Assembly (NCBI RefSeq): GCF_004010195.1
Contig: NC_057718.1
Coordinates: 87,416,606 to 87,480,605 of the forward strand
DNA: 64,000 nt
Origin: Chiloscyllium plagiosum
Taxonomy: Eukaryota
Direction of reading: 5' to 3'
Within the stretch, counting starts at the first letter, position 1. Each line of letters begins with the position of its first letter. This document shows, in pieces, positions 62,369 through 64,000 of the stretch. Under the pieces are notes generated by a model, which ran no database searches, was not told the DNA's origin, and saw only the letters and a list, made by a program, of their open reading frames with translations. The translations under genes and the position numbers were made by a program.

Positions 62369-63477
62369 GACTCATGCACCTGTTGGCTCCAAAATTGAAA
62401 CTATCTAGTCAGTTATCCCTGACACTTTGTTTATCCCACCCAACCCAAATTAAACTTTCCCTCAATGTTGCCCTAGCCCTGAACTCTGCTATCTTCCTTC
62501 AAGTTCTCTCCAAGCTCATCCTGATTATGCAATCCACCTCCTCCCTCAACTCTATTCTCACCTGATTCTTCACTAACCAACTCTTTACCTGATGTTAATG
62601 GTTCCCTTGTACGGTATTGTATCCTTATTCTTCAATTTTTCATCAGAAAATGCCCTCCTTCATTTTGTTTGTAAACTGTTTCCTAACTCGTAACATCACT
62701 ATGTTCTCAAAGTGCCCTGAATGTGTTGCTACCTTCTAATATTGCTACTACATTGCCTGCAACTATATTTAGGAACCCTTTCATTCTGATTCCCACCAGT
62801 GCCCCCGTACTGAAATAGCTCTCATATATTTTTTGCAAATGACATTTTTTTGACTTGTTGACCATATCATCCTCCTTCAGTACTCCCTTTGTTGTCCACA
62901 TATGGTTCCATTTCTATCTATTCAGTTATAGCCATAAAATCACATTCAAAGTTGGATTCTTATTCATACTTCTGCCTTATGTCTGCTAACTTACTTTGCT
63001 TCAGGTCTGGCAAACACTGAGATTCAAAATTCCACCCAGATTTTTAGATTCCCTTATAATTTCATCCCTTCATTCCTGTAAAATCGATGCCTATCCAATT
63101 CTAGACTCTTGAGCGTATTGGACTTTATTTTCACCACCATTAGCAACTATGCCTTGGCTGTGAACTCTACATTTCCTCGCTAAATCTTTCTGCACTACAT
63201 CATCTCCTTTTGGGGAATTCCTTAAAACCTACATGACTAGTAAAGCTCTTATTCACATGTCATAACATGTGTTGAAAAAAAATTCCTTCTGATAATTGGT
63301 CTTTTGGCGGGCTTTCCTAAGTTAAAACGTCTACAAAATACAAGTAGTTGATGTACTGAAAAAAGCTGAGTGTGCTGTTTCGTAATTCATTAAACTGAGC
63401 ACATTGTGTGTTAGGAAAACACTTCAGAATTGCTATTATACACTAAAGTAAACTTTGAAAAGCAGCAGTGTGCAACA

Positions 63478-64000
63478 ACAAAAACAAATTGCTGGAAAAG
63501 CTTAGGTTTGGCAGCATCTGTGGAGAGAAAGCCAAGTTAATGTTTAGAGTCCAGTGGACCTTCAGAACCAATTTTAGGTAGGAAACATTGGTAGATAGGC
63601 GAATGGAGATGGAGCCCAAAGAGAGAGGGAAACATGGGATAATGGGTAGCTGTTAATGGGGACAATTAATGGCTGACAACAAATCATTTGTGGAATCAGT
63701 CTATGGTCTGACAAGGCCTAGTGAGTGGGAGTTGGTATGAGGACATGGGAAAAGGTGCTAAAGCCCTCAAATTGATAGTCCAGAAGACTGCAGGATTCCC
63801 AAGCAAAACATGAGGTGCTGTTCTTCCATCTTGCATTGAGCTTCACTGGAGCACTGCAGTAAGCCAAAGACACAGATGTTGGCCAGGAAACAGTATATTG
63901 AAGTGGCAAGCAACTGGAGGGTTAGGGTCATCTTTGCAGACAACATTGGTGTTGTATGAAACGGTCACCCAGCTACCCTTCATCTCCTAGGTGTTACCAA
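63478..64000 (-). mobile_element. Penelope-like (Neptune-type) 3' end, runs off the window
   Basis: Terminal repeat similar to 48098 onward. The minus strand carries the GIY-YIG C-terminal region (AAGATGGAAGAACAGCACCTCATGTTT, KMEEQHLMF), similar to 49790-49830. Confidence 0.85.

Noticed and set aside
746..63909. The many 60-150 aa ORFs in the six-frame track
   Set aside because: Apart from those overlapping STXBP5 exons or retroelement RT/EN fragments, they show no recognisable homology and mostly fall in SINE/LINE sequence.
51718..64000. Next expected STXBP5 exon (AKMSRKLSLPTDLKPDL) and later exons
   Set aside because: No matching AG-flanked sequence found by eye. It probably lies beyond the window, so absence is not claimed as exon loss.

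Overview
Vertebrate genomic DNA, most likely from a cartilaginous fish (shark), inferred from the HE1/V-SINE, CR1 and Penelope repeat content. The whole window lies inside one + strand gene, STXBP5 (tomosyn-1). I can place 13 internal coding exons between 3814 and 51717. All are bounded by AG/GT, and their phases chain into one open frame of 1410 nt (470 codons). They cover part of the WD40 propeller region and the start of the hypervariable region, including the two 'big-isoform' cassette exons. The start codon, the stop codon and the next expected exon (AKMSRKLS...) were not found. The introns are filled with CR1 and L2-like LINE remnants, tRNA-derived SINEs, Tc1/mariner-type MITEs and many Penelope-like elements (PLEs). 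The PLEs are the most notable non-gene signal. One larger RT+GIY-YIG copy and a series of 50-750 bp derivatives mostly have a fold-back (inverted terminal repeat) structure, several have 8-17 bp target-site duplications, and many carry minimal hammerhead ribozyme motifs. One such hairpin, with a sense-strand hammerhead, ends about 40 nt upstream of a STXBP5 splice acceptor. Family names and comparisons to human STXBP5 come from recalled sequences, not database searches.
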